In this document: piece after piece, positions 1-13,971 of the stretch
Position numbering within the stretch: the first letter of the stretch is position 1
Layout of the letters: the number at the start of each line of letters is the position of its first letter
NCBI GenBank assembly: GCA_053919585.1
Contig: CM132795.1
Reading direction: 5' to 3' (one strand)
Length of the DNA: 64,000 bases
From: Euprymna scolopes
Lineage: Eukaryota
The notes under the pieces: model-generated
Databases searched by the model: none
Told to the model about the DNA's origin: nothing
The model's input: only the letters and a program-made list of their open reading frames with translations
Program-made: the position numbers and the translations under genes

Positions 1-265
1 TTTCTTGCTTATTTATTTTCTTCGTATATGTCTACGTTTCTCTACAAAATGCTTTGGTTGTTGGTCCATCATACTTCAACTTAGCATTTTTTTGGTCTGT
101 AACGCTTATATTTGAAATATTATTTTGTTACTCTGTCTCTCGATCTGTAACGATTATGTTTGAAATAGCATTTTGTTACTGCGTCCCTCCGTCTGTCACA
201 GTTAACTTTGAAATCTGATTCTCATCCCTAAACATACACTGTATGAATACATCTTAAGCTTATCC

Positions 266-990
266 ATTTTTGGTCCCCAACAAAAGGAGAGTAGACCTGT
301 AAATTCACCCTTGTCCGTTCGTCCATCCGTACTTTTCTCAGTAACTACGTCTTGGAATTTTTTGAAATTTTGCACAAACATTAAACATGATATAAGTAAA
401 AAAAGTAATAAATTTCGGGAAAAATTCCGGTTGCCCCCGTAGAGGTGCCTTTCGGAGTAAAATGGCTAAAATTGACACTTTTGTGATATTTATTTTAAAA
501 AATTTATGCCTTGGATTTTTATAAAACTTTTTGAAAAGTTGTAACTAACTGATTTCTATATAATTTTGTTTGTCTATAATTCGCAATAATTCTTGGATAT
601 GCCCCAGGGGCTCATTTAGGGCTAATAAAAATACATTTTTGGAACTATTTTACCATATTTATCCAAAATTTTCTGTGTATGTCTATTTAGCAGTTTTGCA
701 TGGTGTTGAACTCAAATTTAAATATGTTAAAGCCTTGGGGACTTTTGAGGCTAAATGGTGGAGGGCGCAAATGATGGACTTAGTCATTTCTTTTTTTGCA
801 TGATGCAGCACTCAAATTTACATATGTTAAGGCCTAAAACTGCACCGTTTGTTCATTTTCGCCAGGATTTGACGTCCCCAGGGGACTTTTGGGCTAAATG
901 GGGAGAGGCAAATGCTGAACTTGGTTATTTTTTTTTTTTATGCCTCGTTCACTCTGCACATGGGTGACCATACATGCTTCACTTGTTATT
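266..990 (+). mobile_element. Non-autonomous HINE/DINE-1-like (Helentron-associated) interspersed element, copy 1
   Basis: T-run start, a short subterminal inverted repeat (ggtcccca near 271 / tgggtgacc near 961), a GTCC-type microsatellite near the 5' end and an internal ~130-bp duplication. Matches 44012-44742 in reverse complement. Family assignment is inferred from architecture. Confidence 0.6.
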
Positions 991-1599
991 TTTTTTTAAA
1001 TTAAGAGAAAGATAGCATTGTCATTTTTTTTTTTATCATATCCAGTTTATCATCTTTATTTCTCTTGTTCAGAGGTTCGCAATCCTAGTTTCCAAACTAA
1101 ATGGTCTTAAAGATCGATTCTATTTAAATTCAGTTATCGGAGAAGATCCTTATTAATGACTTACATTCACATTTTCTTGTGTCATTTTACTTTCCCCCAT
1201 TCTTCCACCTCAAGATATCTGCATTTCCTTATCTAAGAATTACCGATTCCAACGTGTGGCCAAACCAACTTAGCTGACTGACCATCAAGAGCTCATCAAG
1301 CTTTGATATATTCAGTTTGATATCAGAGCTATATATGAAGGGTCTGATAGAGGCTACCTTGGTAGTCACGGTTTGATCAACCCAACGTTGCATGTATATC
1401 TGATCATTGCTCTAAAAATAAAAAAATTGCCAAAGTTTATTTCTAAAATCCAAATTTTGTCTCTACTCTCAAGATATAAATATCTCGTATTTAGAAACCT
1501 TTAAAGACTTTGCATAGATATTGTGTGTGAACCCAGGAATTATGGTTCAGTGTGCTATCATTTTTCTTTTTATTTATTGGTGAATATTATGAGGATGAC

Positions 1600-1790
1600 G
1601 ATGACTGCGGTTGGTTTGGTCAGATTGAAAAGAAAAGGTTGAGTTATTGGTTTAGTAGATGTAGAACAGTTGAGATAGCAGAGTTTGTTGGAAGGAGGAA
1701 GCCTAACAAAAAACGGGAAGAACATGCAAAAAAAAAAGACAAAAAAAAAGACAAAACAAAAAGACGTTAAACCGAATATGATGCTGATCT
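1600..1790 (+). mobile_element. RTE-clade LINE 3' end fragment
   Basis: Degenerate 'LRWFGxxE...CRTV...GRRKPxKxxEE' C-terminal motif. Homologous to 35550-35790 and 61300-61580. Confidence 0.65.
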
Positions 1791-2004
1791 TTGTGACATG
1801 TCTTTAGTTGTTGAAGAGCGTGTCACTTTTGAGGTGTGTGTGTGGGGGGGGGGCTTGTCTCTAATCGAAACGAGCCTGTGTTACCGAGTTAAATCGTAAG
1901 ATGTTGAAAACCCAGAAACAAGTGATGTATTTTTTGATCTATTAAAAATCCCTTTTATAAATGTTTATTACTTCCCCACCCCCATCTTTCACGACACGCG
2001 CATA

Positions 2005-2645
2005 TTTTTTTTTTTTTTTTTTTTTACATGGGAGTCACCATTTATCAAGGCTCGGAAGCCACTTGGGGATGAGGGTTATTGCGTGTACAGTAGTCAAAGG
2101 GATAATATGGTAGTAATCGCTAGTAATGGAGATTTGATAAAGTGTCTTACTTAAGGGGGCGATTTATCAGAAATTTGTTTGTTAGATTTGAAGACATCCA
2201 AGTTGTAGTCAGGTGGGAAATAGGCAAACGGAAGAGAGCTCCACAGGCGTGCAGTTCTAAGAAATGAGCTTTGTTCATGGAATCTACATTTTGATGTAGG
2301 CACAGATAAAGAATGGGGGAAAATTATTGACAGTGGTTTCAGCTAGACGGGTGTTTTTCACGAAAGATTGGTGAGGGGGACCAGAGATTGGAGCTCGGAC
2401 GAGCACTTGCCATGGAAATAATAAGACAAAGACAGGCTCGCAACGTCCCTTCTATGGGAGAGAGGTTGCAGGGAAGAGAAAAGGGCATCCCCCACTAGGC
2501 CACAAAGTCTATTTTTTACTCTGTTAAGGCAGGATAGGCTGTTTTTAGCAGCTCCTTCCCAAATGTCGAAGTAGTACTTCATCCTTGGACGTACTTGGCT
2601 TTTATATAGATAGAAAATTGCATCAGTAGTGAGATATTTTCCATC
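2005..2645 (-). mobile_element. CR1-group (CR1/Zenon-like) LINE, 5'-truncated 3' fragment with poly(A) tail
   Basis: Minus-strand translation 'YKAQVRPRMKYYFDIWEGAAKNSLSCLNRV...LQPLSHRRDVASLSL..YFHGKCS' is the typical post-RT C-terminus. A poly(T) run at 2005-2025 is the tail. Confidence 0.85.
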
Positions 2646-2699
2646 TTTTTTTTTCTCATGTGGTTAAAACTACACTACGTCCTGTATATGACCTTAAAC

Positions 2700-2955
2700 T
2701 ATATCCGATGGTGAGGCCCCAGCTTGCGGGCTTTGAGGAGTGTGGAGCCACCCTTTAATTGCTATTGCTCCCAGGTCCAGTCTGACCTGGAGTGGTAGTA
2801 CCTGTTAGGGTCCCAACTATGGGTTAAATAGAAACCTACTTGAAAAAAAAAACAAATATATTCTATTAAAAAATTTTCTTTAAAATAACTGGATTTGGCA
2901 TTAAATAACCTGAAAAGGTTTAATATGCCGTAAAACAAAATTAACCAACCAATAA
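2700..2955 (+). repeat. Short interspersed repeat of unassigned class
   Basis: The block 'gatggtga...ggagtgtggag...gtggtagtacctgt...gggttaaatagaa' recurs at 22150-22260. The block 'ttaaataacc...gatatgccgtaaa' recurs at ~23150-23190 and ~34020-34075. Confidence 0.6.
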
Positions 2956-3240
2956 AACCACTAGCTTGCTCCCTCCTTTCAACACACAATCTCAACAGAT
3001 GTTTTCTCTACTACGATTTTTTTTTCTCATTTATATTGGTTTTATTTAATAACACTGAATTCCTCTTAAGGTGGGATTAAACTTTTTTTTCCTTCTTAAT
3101 CGAATTTTCCTTTGAAGCCACTGGAAAAATACAACTTTAATATTTGGAAATTACTACCAGGTTTGTTGCACTCAAGTTCGGCTTCAGTAGTTCGGGATTT
3201 AATTTCATCAAAATAAGTTTATCAAGTATATATGAAAGCT

Positions 3241-3274
<34 letters not shown>

Positions 3275-3447
3275 AAAATAAAACATTTGTTTCGTAAATT
3301 GATAGGGAGAATTTATTAAAGCAGCAACTCTTCTTCCTTTTTATTTTACTTCAAAAAAAAAAAAAGAGGCTATCACTTAAGGCCAAAACAACTACGGAAG
3401 GCAGTAATTCCAGTGAATGCAGATTCAGAGTTCCTCTCCGTTGTGGT

Positions 3448-3495
3448 TACCACCTGACAAAGGCCAGAGGAATAGTTGGCCAAAACGTCGTGAAA
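3448..3495 (+). ncRNA. Degenerate minimal hammerhead motif of a Penelope-like-element-derived repeat
   Basis: cac-CTGACAA-aggcc...ggcc-AAAA-cgtc-gtga. Same layout as the copies at 4268, 45055, 58533 and 62950; the core is mutated here. Confidence 0.45.
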
Positions 3496-4267
3496 CAACT
3501 AAGAAAAAGATGAGGATAATAGTCCGCAATAAATAGAAATTAATAAATAATACTCATCTCAATAATGAATTCCAATTAAAATAATAGAAACATTTTTCTG
3601 TCTACACGGAATTATTTTTTCAGGCTAGAAACTTACTAAATTATTTGGTAAAGAGTTTTTGTTTGTTTCGAAGTTTACAAAGGAAATAACTCTACATTTC
3701 TATTAAAAAGATCGATGTTGGAAATAATAATGCCAAATAAATTAAATTAAATATATTATCAATTGTTATTTAAAGTTGATTAAATAACAATCTTGAATAG
3801 AAATTTAATAGAACATTTAAAACAATGCTCTCGCTAGAAACAGTAACTAACATACAGCTATTTAGTAAAATCGATTTTCCTTACTGTAATATGTAAAGGA
3901 GATGACCTCTTAATTGTATATTTGGCAAGAATCATACTATATATAGAAATAAATGAAATAATAAAGTAATGTATCTTTTGTATATATTAATCAAATTGTG
4001 AATAAACAAAGACAGACAGGAATACGAATTTATATATATAGATATGAGGGAGTGAGGGGTGAATTTCTGCTTCACTGACTGAGGACAGAACAGATACTAC
4101 ATTTTGCTCTTAGCTAAAAAAAAAGTTGAACCCGTCCATTTTTCATAAAAGTTTTATAATTAATTAAGTGTATCTTTCATAATTTTTTCAAAAATGAGGA
4201 TTGATCATTTGTACAATTTGGATTGTTCAGATTACTTTCGACATCTTGTAGGTAGTTTTTTTTTATT

Positions 4268-4315
4268 TTTACAACATTTCGGCCAATGTAACTTCCGAAC
4301 TTCATCAGGTGCATT
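4268..4315 (-). ncRNA. Minimal hammerhead motif (Penelope-type)
   Basis: Minus strand reads tgcac-CTGATGA-agttcggaagttacattggcc-GAAA-tgtt-gtaa. Both core boxes are intact; the stems are degenerate. Confidence 0.5.
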
Positions 4316-4507
4316 TTGTTGAACTTGGGAATCCCTACGAATTTATTTAATCAATAGAAGCAGCTTGCTCTCATTCCATTAACCATGACCTGGTAGAAGT
4401 AAGTAGTAAGTGTATTAGTATCGCACACAATGTTCTTAGTGTAGTAGGTATGTTCCACATGGAACTTCATGTCGACCCGGACGACGCCGGGTACCCATTA
4501 TAGTGTG

Positions 4508-4564
<57 letters not shown>

Positions 4565-6007
4565 GGATGTACTGATTAGCAAATTGGCCGATTAATAGGT
4601 TTTCTAATGCCGATTTATCAGCAAATTTTGTGTTCATAAATGATACTGATATTAATTCAATTATATTTTTAATGAAGACAAGTTAATTTTCTTTTTTGTT
4701 TGCCAGTGAAAATTAATCAAAGAGACATGCCTGCTCAGTTCCATCGATATTTCCTGGTAGGGGTGCCTCAGGCAGTAAGCAATAAACTTTTTCTACCCGA
4801 AAGACAGAAGGCAACTGTCTAGGGAGGGTGGACCTTTTAGGACTACCCAAAACCATACATCAGCCCGACAAATACAAGATTATTCCTAACTAAAAAATGG
4901 CTATGACTTAGTCAGCCTGTGTTGAGGCTGTATCTTTGACTGGCATGAATGCAACATGCTCAAGCTGTGCTAAATGAATGTTATCTTGCTATATGACGCT
5001 TAATTTTGCAATGGCATTTTTGTTAGTCCGTCGCTTTAATTTTTTTTCCTCTGCGTTTTCTTGTCTCTTCACTCTTCACTTTCGTGGGTGCTTCTGCAAC
5101 GTTGTGTACTTATGAAATATTTTTGTTTGGAATTTTAAAGTAACTTAAAAAGGGAGAGTGATTCTAACTTTTTTGAGGTGTGATGAAAGAGGGAGATAAA
5201 TACGTAAGGAAAAAAAATTGTCAAATCTTATTTCTCCAAATATGGACATAAACGATAATGCAAAACTTTTCGAATGTTTCGTTTAGTTAAAGTTTACTTC
5301 GTTTCAAATACCTTTTCTATTTATTTTTTTTAATTTAGATTAAAACTGGTTTATTAATTATTGAATGTTTAATTTATTTCAATAAATCTATTTTTAATGT
5401 ATACTCTGAAGTTTTATTTGATTTTGTATTTATCTTTCCCTTTCACCCCACCCCCAAAGTTAGAATTATCTCGCCATTTTATGTTGCTCTTTTAAATGAA
5501 AGACGAAAACATTTCATATGTACACAATTATGCAAGAGCACTTTTTCGTCGTTGTCTGTTATGTATGATAAAATAATACTTTTCACTCATTTTTGATGAA
5601 GTCTTAAGATACAAGATAATAATAATAAAAAAAATCACCGTTTAATTGGATTGACTTTGTCTATCAACTGTTAATATCAGTGAAAACGTTTTCTTGGTAT
5701 TTTTTTAATTTAAAAACGTTGCTTCATTTTTTGTTTTTCATTCTATGTGTATAAAAGCATTTCACTATTTTCACCATTTAAAAAAATAAACTAGGTTAGC
5801 ACTTTGCCTTTAGTCGCCGACTACAGTAACACTTCTATTCCCATATCAGGCTGACCACCACTGTTTGTTCTACTCGTAAATAAATCTGTTACTGTAATAC
5901 AGGAAATGGGCACATGTTGTCTACTTGCGTTCATAAAAAATATTTCTCAACACTTTGCCTGTTCTCTGCATCATGTTTTTATATGCTCACAATGTCGGTT
6001 AGCTTCG

Positions 6008-6046
<39 letters not shown>

Positions 6047-6049
<3 letters not shown>

Positions 6050-6147
6050 CATAATTCACGTTGACACACCGGATCACTGAAGTTAAGCAACGTTGAGCTC
6101 TGGCAGTACTAAAAAAATGGGTGACTATTTGGAAATTCCAGGTGCTG
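6047..6147 (+). mobile_element. 5S rRNA-derived SINE head (internally deleted)
   Basis: cacgttgacacaccggatcactgaagttaagcaacgttgag...agtact...atgggtgac...ggaaattccaggtgctg aligns with metazoan 5S rRNA, including boxes A and C. Confidence 0.8.
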
Positions 6148-8189
6148 AATCGGAATCGTATTGTTAAAAAAAATACCTTAGATTTACAATTCTTTCATTA
6201 CGATTCTCTTATGTTTTTAAGTTGAACTGTTTGTTTGAAGTGAGAAAATGCTGTCAAAAAAATTATGATAAAAACGTCATAGAACTTTGCATAACATATT
6301 TAATGATATACAAGAATTTTATTAACTACTTTAAAGGTAATTTTTATTTATCTTAATGAGTTTTTTATTGCGTCACATACATAGGCGCTGTCTGTTTCGA
6401 AACTTCGAGGCTCATGATTAGTTATGTTTGCACTGTTGCGAAACTTTAGGGGCCGCGAGGTAACATTGTCTCATTTGTGAGCGAAGTTTATTTATATATA
6501 AAACAGCCTAACTACGTCAAGTCCATGAAAAGGTTGATGAATACTTAACCTTTGGAGAAAAAAGATTTTACAGTGCTCTCATTGTGAGTAAATTATGTTA
6601 AATCAGTGGTTTTTCCAACTGGTGACTAAAAAAGGGGGGGCTTAACTTTTGGCAAGTTTTTTTTTTTTTTTTTTTTTAACGACACTTCCATTAGTAAATG
6701 AATAAAAAATCTCATTAGTAAATGAAAAATGTCTTGTCAACCTTTATATTTAAAAAAAATAAAACAAGCAAAGTCAAATTATTTAAACAATGAGAGGTTT
6801 AACAGAACAATATATGTACTTTCTATTTTCTGAACGAAGGCTGTTTCAGGAAATAGTTCTAAAACTAAAGTGAAATTGATCACGTGGTATCACTTCGCAA
6901 AACTTTGATAGTCAGTCGGCCTTTTTAAAGTATCCAAAAACAAAAGTGTCAGAACTATATATTATGCTGACTGACGGTTCCACTTACAGTCTTTCGAAAA
7001 CTACAAAAGAAAACAATCATTTTGTTATCTGTTAAATAAATACGGTAACTGAATTTAATTTTTTTTTCTTTTAAAATATTCTGCGAATGAAGCAATTAAA
7101 CATTTCTTTTAGAACTTCTTTGCACAACAAAAACAAAAAAAAAATGTGAAAAAGTTATTAAAAAAGGAAAAAAGTTCAACCTTTTTTTTTTTTTTAATCC
7201 TTTGAACCCTAACATTGCAAACTAACTAATCACTCAGAGCCTAAAGGACTGTAGAGGTTTAGTCGACATTCACCGATGCGTGGTATCATAGTCGTGATGT
7301 GAGCATAGGTAAATGTTTCCCAACCCCTAACAAAAAATAAAAAGGTTGTCAGAAACAGCATTAATAACCTTTATTTAACAATAGAAATAAACAATTACCA
7401 AAAATTTAGTTTTTATATAGAAATAAAGATGTAAATTAAGACATTAAATAAGAATAAACATTAAACGACGATAAGTATATAATTATATGATAAAAATAAA
7501 TATAGAAATAAACCAATTTAGATTAAAAAAATAACGTTATTATTGTTAAAAATATTTATAAAAAAGTCAAATAAATAGGAATAATTTAAAACGATTGAAT
7601 ATAAAAGGCTAAAAATTTAATCAAAGATTTAGTTATTTTTAAATTTCATTTTGAAATAAGAATATTCTAGAAAGTGGAATAAAAATCAGTTAGCGATTGA
7701 AGCTGCAAAAAAAAAAGTTAAATTTTAAAGAGTTATCGAAGATAAAGAGAAAATAAAACAAAAAAAATGAATATCAAAAGATAAACAAAACATGTTATTC
7801 CCCTTGAAATTTGATGTTATTGTATTTTTATTGAATTAATCATGACTTACTTTTTCTTTATATTTTTTAATATATAAAATAACTCTTTTAATTGATTGTT
7901 ATTAATTTCATGGTGCATGTTTAATTCATGGTTAAAATATTTGTTTTTTACCTTTATCTTCAATGAAATAAATTTTACGAAAAAAAAAAATCAAACCGTT
8001 TTCGAAATTCCCTTAATTGTATTTCCACTTTTTTGCTGTACAAATTTTTTTCGCTACACAAAAACGTTCGGTTATATAATGGTATATTTCAAAACAACAA
8101 TTCCACGGGAATCGGAATCGTACTTGGTATCGGAATCGTTAATCAACATTTTCCTGGAATCGGAATCGGAAAAAATTAGGAATCGTTCC

Positions 8190-8249
<60 letters not shown>

Positions 8250-8255
<6 letters not shown>

Positions 8256-8982
8256 AGCTGAATGTGTGTGTGGTCACGAATAGGCTCCTATATGGTTGAC
8301 TATTTTAAAAAACTGATTACATATAATAATAGAAGATGTATCGAGACACAGGAATGGGTATGTTTGATCTAGCAGAACGGTGGCTCATTAAAATTATGGG
8401 GTCTGTGTTCGCGCCTGGTCCACAAAGTATGGAAATAAAAAATTAAAAAAAAAAAAACGTTTACAAGTGTTTTTGATATAGATGTACATAAGAATACTTT
8501 GATAAGTATGTTTTAACTTAAATAGGAATGGTATAATAAAATTGTGGGGTCTGTGCTCGCGCCTAGCCTCCATAGAATGGGAATAGGCACAAACTTTAAT
8601 AAAGACTTTTCATATCTATCTGCATAAGTATACTTTGATAATTGTTTCAGTTTGAAGAAATATGGTATAATAAACTATGGGGTGTTCTTTCGCACCCGAC
8701 CTCCATAGAATGGAAATATGTCACAAAGTTTAACAAGGTTTTTTTAATATAGATCCACAGAATATTGTGATAAGTGTTTCAGTGTGAACAGGTATGGTAT
8801 AATAAATTATGGGGTTTATCTATTTTATCTTCACTTTCATCATATTTTGCTTTGGTTTTGATACCCCCAAATTCGAAGCTATCTCTTTATAACCCTTCCT
8901 TTTCATAACCTATCATACTTTCATAAGAGTCCATTTTCTGTAGGCTGTTTTTGAACCCAGTCAAGGACGTGTACTTTTGCTA

Positions 8983-8984
<2 letters not shown>
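8250..8984 (+). mobile_element. Non-autonomous Helitron-like element, family B copy 1
   Basis: Inserted in a (CA)n/(TA)n context, with ~140-bp internal tandem units and a 3' end ...acttttgCTAGt. A near-identical reverse-complement copy lies at 61983-62727. Confidence 0.7.
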
Positions 8985-9039
<55 letters not shown>

Positions 9040-10639
9040 CATTGTATGGAGTCTAAGGGTTGATCAAGGTTTCAACATTTTAATGTCTCCTGAAGTCTTC
9101 AAGGTAATCTCAGTCAAAATAATTTTTTCCCCCCAGAATGCCACCATAAACACAAAAAGGATGACCCCTCCCTTTTTCTACTTTCGATCCTTTGGTAGAC
9201 ACTAATCTTCTCCCTCGTAGGTCGTCTATGTCAACCACATATACTTAATTAACTTAGTGGCCTTGTTCCTTGGACCACAGAGGGCCTGCAAAGCTGGCCG
9301 GTGGAAGAGTAATTTAATCGCACATTATTTGGTGCTAACGACTAAACAAATAGCAAAAATAAAACATAAAAAAAGATCTATGCGGTCTGGTCAGAAGTGT
9401 TTTATTATGGTAAGACTAGTTTACATATCATATCTATGCTAGATCTATTTTTTAAAACTAGTGAAGCTAAACATCACTATTTACCTTACACTGATTTGTT
9501 AATTCAGTTAAATGAATTTATCGGCATTTGCCCCTAAACTAAACTCTTCATCTTGACTAATAATAGATATTCTCTTCATTATTCGCGTCTGTTCCCATTT
9601 TATTCTGCAATGTCTTCCGGTTGCATGTTTATACGCAAAACAAAATCCCAGATGTAGTAAAGTACACCTTTAAAACAATGTTTTGTTGAAGTTCATTATT
9701 TCTGTCTGTCTCTTTGCTGTTGCTTCCCACATGCACATCCCCAATTCCTTGATGTACGTTATTTTAATTTGATGCTTTTCTTCGCTCATTATCTCCCCCC
9801 CCCTTATTATTGTATGACATTTTGGTTTTCCCCTTATATTTACATTTCCTCTTTATTTCTCTCGTCTTTCTCCACTCGTCACTCCTCATTTCTCTTTATC
9901 TTTTTTCATCCATGCTTCTTCTCATATTTCTTCATCTCTCTTCGTTTTCTCCAGCCCTTACTTAGTTTCTTTTCATCTCTCATCTCCATTTCTTTTCATC
10001 TCTTCCTTTCTTTTCATCCCTCACCTTCGCGTCTCTTCATCCCTCACCTTCGCGTCTCTTCATCCCTCTTTCTCTTCAGCCCTCTTTCTCTTCAGCCCTC
10101 TTTTTCCTTATCTTCACCCTCTACCTTCTCTTCTCACACATCCTCCTTTTTTTTTCGTTTCTCCCTCCTCTCACTAAAATTAAATATTGGCTTTCTTTCA
10201 AAAGTTACCTTTTGTTTATTTATGCTTTGATTTTGTGCACCTACAAAAACATCGAAGGAGTTACTGATTTGCTAACAGCTTCGTTTTCATTTTAAAACTT
10301 CCTTTGACTGCGACATTAGTTTCGCTTTTGTTTCTATCCTTCCACCCCACCACTAAAAGTCGAAAAGATAAAAGATCTAAAATCTTAATAAAAGAAAACA
10401 TTTTCCATTTCAATTAAATCTTTTTCTTAGTTTTCTTCTTCCATTAATGCTGATTACATTTCTATTCCAAATAGATTGGATATTGGTTACTGTGAGTCTT
10501 AGATTCTCAAAACCAACCCAACAACCCCTCTCTTATCTCGATTACTTCTTGCCATCTCCTTATCAGCTTTATATGACCTTCCTCCTGAATTAATGTCATG
10601 TTACAAAGTATTTAGATATGATTTTCCTCTATCTCCACA

Positions 10640-10676
<37 letters not shown>

Positions 10677-12567
10677 GTCTCGACATGTCCCTCTCTTTCT
10701 CTGTCTCGACATGTCCCTCCCTCTCTCTCTCTCTTTGTCTCGACATGTCCCTCTCTCTCTCTGTCTCGACATGTCCCTCTCTCTCTCTGTCTCGACATGT
10801 CCCTCCCTCTCTCTCTCTCTTTGTCTCGACATGTCCCTCTCTCTCTCTGTCTCGACATGTCCCTCTCTCTCTCTGTCTCGACATGTCCCTCCCTCTCTCT
10901 CTCTCTTTGTCTCGACATGTCCCTCTCTCGACATGTCCCTCTCTCTCTCTCTGTCTCGACATGTCCCTCTCTCTCTCTGTCTCGATATGTCCCTCTCTCT
11001 CTCTGTCTCGACATGTCCCCCTCTCTCTCTGTCTCGACATGTCCCCCTCTCTCTCTCTGTCTCGACATGTCCCCCTCTCTCTCTCTCTNNNNNNNNNNNN
11101 NNNNNNNNNNNNNNNNNNNNNNNNNNNNNNNNNNNNNNNNNNNNNNNNNNNNNNNNNNNNNNNNNNNNNNNNNNNNNNNNNNNNNNNNNNNNNNNNNNNN
11201 NNNNNNNNNNNNNNNNNNNNNNNNNNNNNNNNNNNNNTCTCTCTCTGTCTCGACATGTCCCCCTCTCTCTCTCTCTNNNNNNNNNNNNNNNNNNNNNNNN
11301 NNNNNNNNNNNNNNNNNNNNNNNNNNNNNNNNNNNNNNNNNNNNNNNNNNNNNNNNNNNNNNNNNNNNNNNNNNNNNNNNNNNNNNNNNNNNNNNNNNNN
11401 NNNNNNNNNNNNNNNNNNNNNNNNNNNNNNNNNNNNNNNNNNNNNNNNNNNNNNNNNNNNNNNNNNNNNNNNNNNNNNNNNNNNNNNNNNNNNNNNNNNN
11501 NNNNNNNNNNNNNNNNNNNNNNNNNNNNNNNNNNNNNNNNNNNNNNNNNNNNNNNNNNNNNNNNNNNNNNNNNNNNNNNNNNNNNNNNNNNNNNNNNNNN
11601 NNNNNNNNNNNNNNNNNNNNNNNNNNNNNNNNNNNNNNNNNNNNNNNNNNCCGTCTCTCTCTCTCTGTCTCGACATGTCCCCCTCTCTCTCTCTCTGTCT
11701 TTCTCTCTCTGTCGCTCCACGTGTCTCTCTCTCTCTGTCGCTCCACGTGTCTCTCTCTCTCTGTCGCTCCACGTGTCTCTCTCTCTCTGTCGCTCCACGT
11801 GTCTCTCTCTCTCTGTCGCTCCACGTGTCTCTCTCTCTCTGTCGCTCCACGTGTCTCTCTCTCTCTCTGTCGCTCCTCGTGTCTCTCTCTGTCGCTCCAC
11901 GTGTCTCTCTCTCTCTCTGTCGCTCCTCGTGTCTCTCTCTCTCTCTCTGTCGCTCCACGTCTCTCTCTCTCTCTCTGTCGCTCCACGTGTCTCTCTCTCT
12001 CTCTGTCGCTCCACGTGTCTCTCTCTCTCTGTCGCTCCACGTATCTCTCTCTCTCTCTGTCGCTCCACGTGTCTCTCTCTCTCTCTGTCGCTCCACGTGT
12101 CTCTCTCTCTTTCTGTCGCTCCAAGTCTCTCTCTCTCTCTCTGTCGCTCCACGTGTCTCTCTCNNNNNNNNNNNNNNNNNNNNNNNNNNNNNNNNNNNNN
12201 NNNNNNNNNNNNNNNNNNNNNNNNNNNNNNNNNNNNNNNNNNNNNNNNNNNNNNNNNNNNNNNNNNNNNNNNNNNNNNNNNNNNNNNNNNNNNNNNNNNN
12301 NNNNNNNNNNNNNNNNNNNNNNNNNNNNNNNNNNNNNNNNNNNNNNNNNNNNNNNNNNNNNNNNNNNNNNNNNNNNNNNNNNNNNNNNNNNNNNNNNNNN
12401 NNNNNNNNNNNNNNNNNNNNNNNNNNNNNNNNNNNNNNNNNNNNNNNNNNNNNNNNNNNNNNNNCTCTCTGTCGCTCCACGTGTCTCTCTCTCTCTCTCT
12501 GTCGCTCCACGTGTCTCTCTCTCTGTCGCTCCACGTGTCTCTCTCTCTCTCTCTGTCGCTCCACGTG

Positions 12568-12599
<32 letters not shown>

Positions 12600-12710
12600 C
12601 ACGTGTCTCTCTCTCTCTCTGTCGCTCCACGCGTCTCTCTCTCTCTCTCTCTGTCGCTCCACGCGTCTCTCTGTCGCTCCACGCGTCTCACTCTCTCTCT
12701 CTCTCTCTCC
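10640..12710. repeat. Compound (CT)n-interspersed minisatellite with two spacer domains; contains assembly gaps
   Basis: (CT)n-GTCTCGACATGTCC units run to ~11690, then (CT)n-GTCGCTCCACGTGT units. This explains all six ~700-aa low-complexity ORFs. Confidence 0.95.
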
Positions 12711-13049
12711 ATCTTTTTCTGTCTCCACCGTTTCTTTCTACTCGTCTTTCTCTCTGCCTCTCTTTCTCCTACTCTCACACAAAAGGCCTAAAAGAAATTC
12801 ACGTTTGGTATGTTTAATACATTTAATATTTCCATTGGGGGTAAAAAAATAAAAAAAGATACAAGGAAATTTGTCATGAAATCTTTTCCAGCGAACATTT
12901 TGTTAGTCAAGATTTGACATTTCGTATTAACGTCTCCACCAGTAAAAAGAAATGATTTCATTATTTTATTATTGTTCCTAATTTCCTTTCTTTGATACAT
13001 TCAGCGAGTAAAAAATACGAATCCGATGTTAGTTTTTTCTTTCTTTGCT

Positions 13050-13470
13050 TTTTACTATATTATAAAGGCAAAAGGGCACGTGAGGGTAAGGGTTAATGGG
13101 ATAGAATAATTATCAGTTGGGAGATCAAAACCTTTATGAGAGGATTGATGGGAGGAGGGTTAAAAAACTTGGGGAGAGTGATTTATGACAGGAATCTGTC
13201 GACATTTGATTTGAAGACAACTATGTTGTAATCTGCAAGAAATCAGTCCCATGGTAATGTGCTCTCTAGACAAGAGGCTCTTGTTAAGAAGCTCTATTTT
13301 GGAAAATTCAGCCTAATGCTAGACATACAGAGAAAAAGTTTTCTGGGTTTTTTGGGGGTTTTTTTTCACTGTAGCAGGAAAATTAATTTTTGCTGTGTAT
13401 ATTTTACAAGGATAAATCAGATTGGATCTCAGTTAAGCACCTTCCATGGAAATAACAAAAAACTAAACGG
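13050..13470 (-). mobile_element. Degenerate CR1-group LINE 3' fragment
   Basis: Homologous to 2030-2450 (gagggtaagggtt; gacatttgatttgaagac; ccttccatggaaataac). Confidence 0.65.
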
Positions 13471-13479
13471 AGTGACATT

Positions 13480-13686
13480 CACCCTATGTGGGTTAAGTCG
13501 ACTTCTTCCAATAGGAGGCAGTTTCTAGGGAATATTAAATTTGCAAGTTATCCCCAGTCGCATTATATCACGATCAGAACGATGTTAGGTTTTACAGTTC
13601 TTGCAAAGATGTGGATGTCACCAATCTGATTGTTTAACTTCAGTGATCTAATGAGAACCAGTTTGTTAACATGGTTATGTCATACG
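13480..13686 (-). mobile_element. 5S-derived SINE (partial head plus body)
   Basis: ttaacttcagtgatctaatgagaaccag is the 5S 5' half. The body motif cagttcttgcaaaga and ccccagtcg are shared with 49930-50065 and 32303-32450. Confidence 0.7.
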
Positions 13687-13935
13687 TAGAAATAATCATA
13701 GAGGGAGACTAGCAACATCTCTTCTGTAAAAGGGGATTTGTAAGGAGCAGTAAAGATCATTCCCCACTAAATGTTGAATTCGATTTTAAACTTTTTTTAA
13801 ACAAGAATGTTCTGCATGGCACTTCTTCAGATATGGCAAACATTCTTTGTTGTGACCGTTTTTCTAATTTATTTTTCAAATTTGTAAATCAATAACTGTT
13901 TTCATTTTAATAAAGACCACATTCTCAATAGATTG

Positions 13936-13971
<36 letters not shown>

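Noticed and set aside
9769-10230. F/S/L-rich ORFs here and at 16439-16907 and 23478-24189
   Set aside because: Polypyrimidine low-complexity tracts with no recognisable domain or exon structure.
10593-12852. Six overlapping 670-745 aa ORFs (SL- or RE-rich)
   Set aside because: They are translations of a stop-free (CT)n-based array and N gaps, open in all six frames, so not genes.
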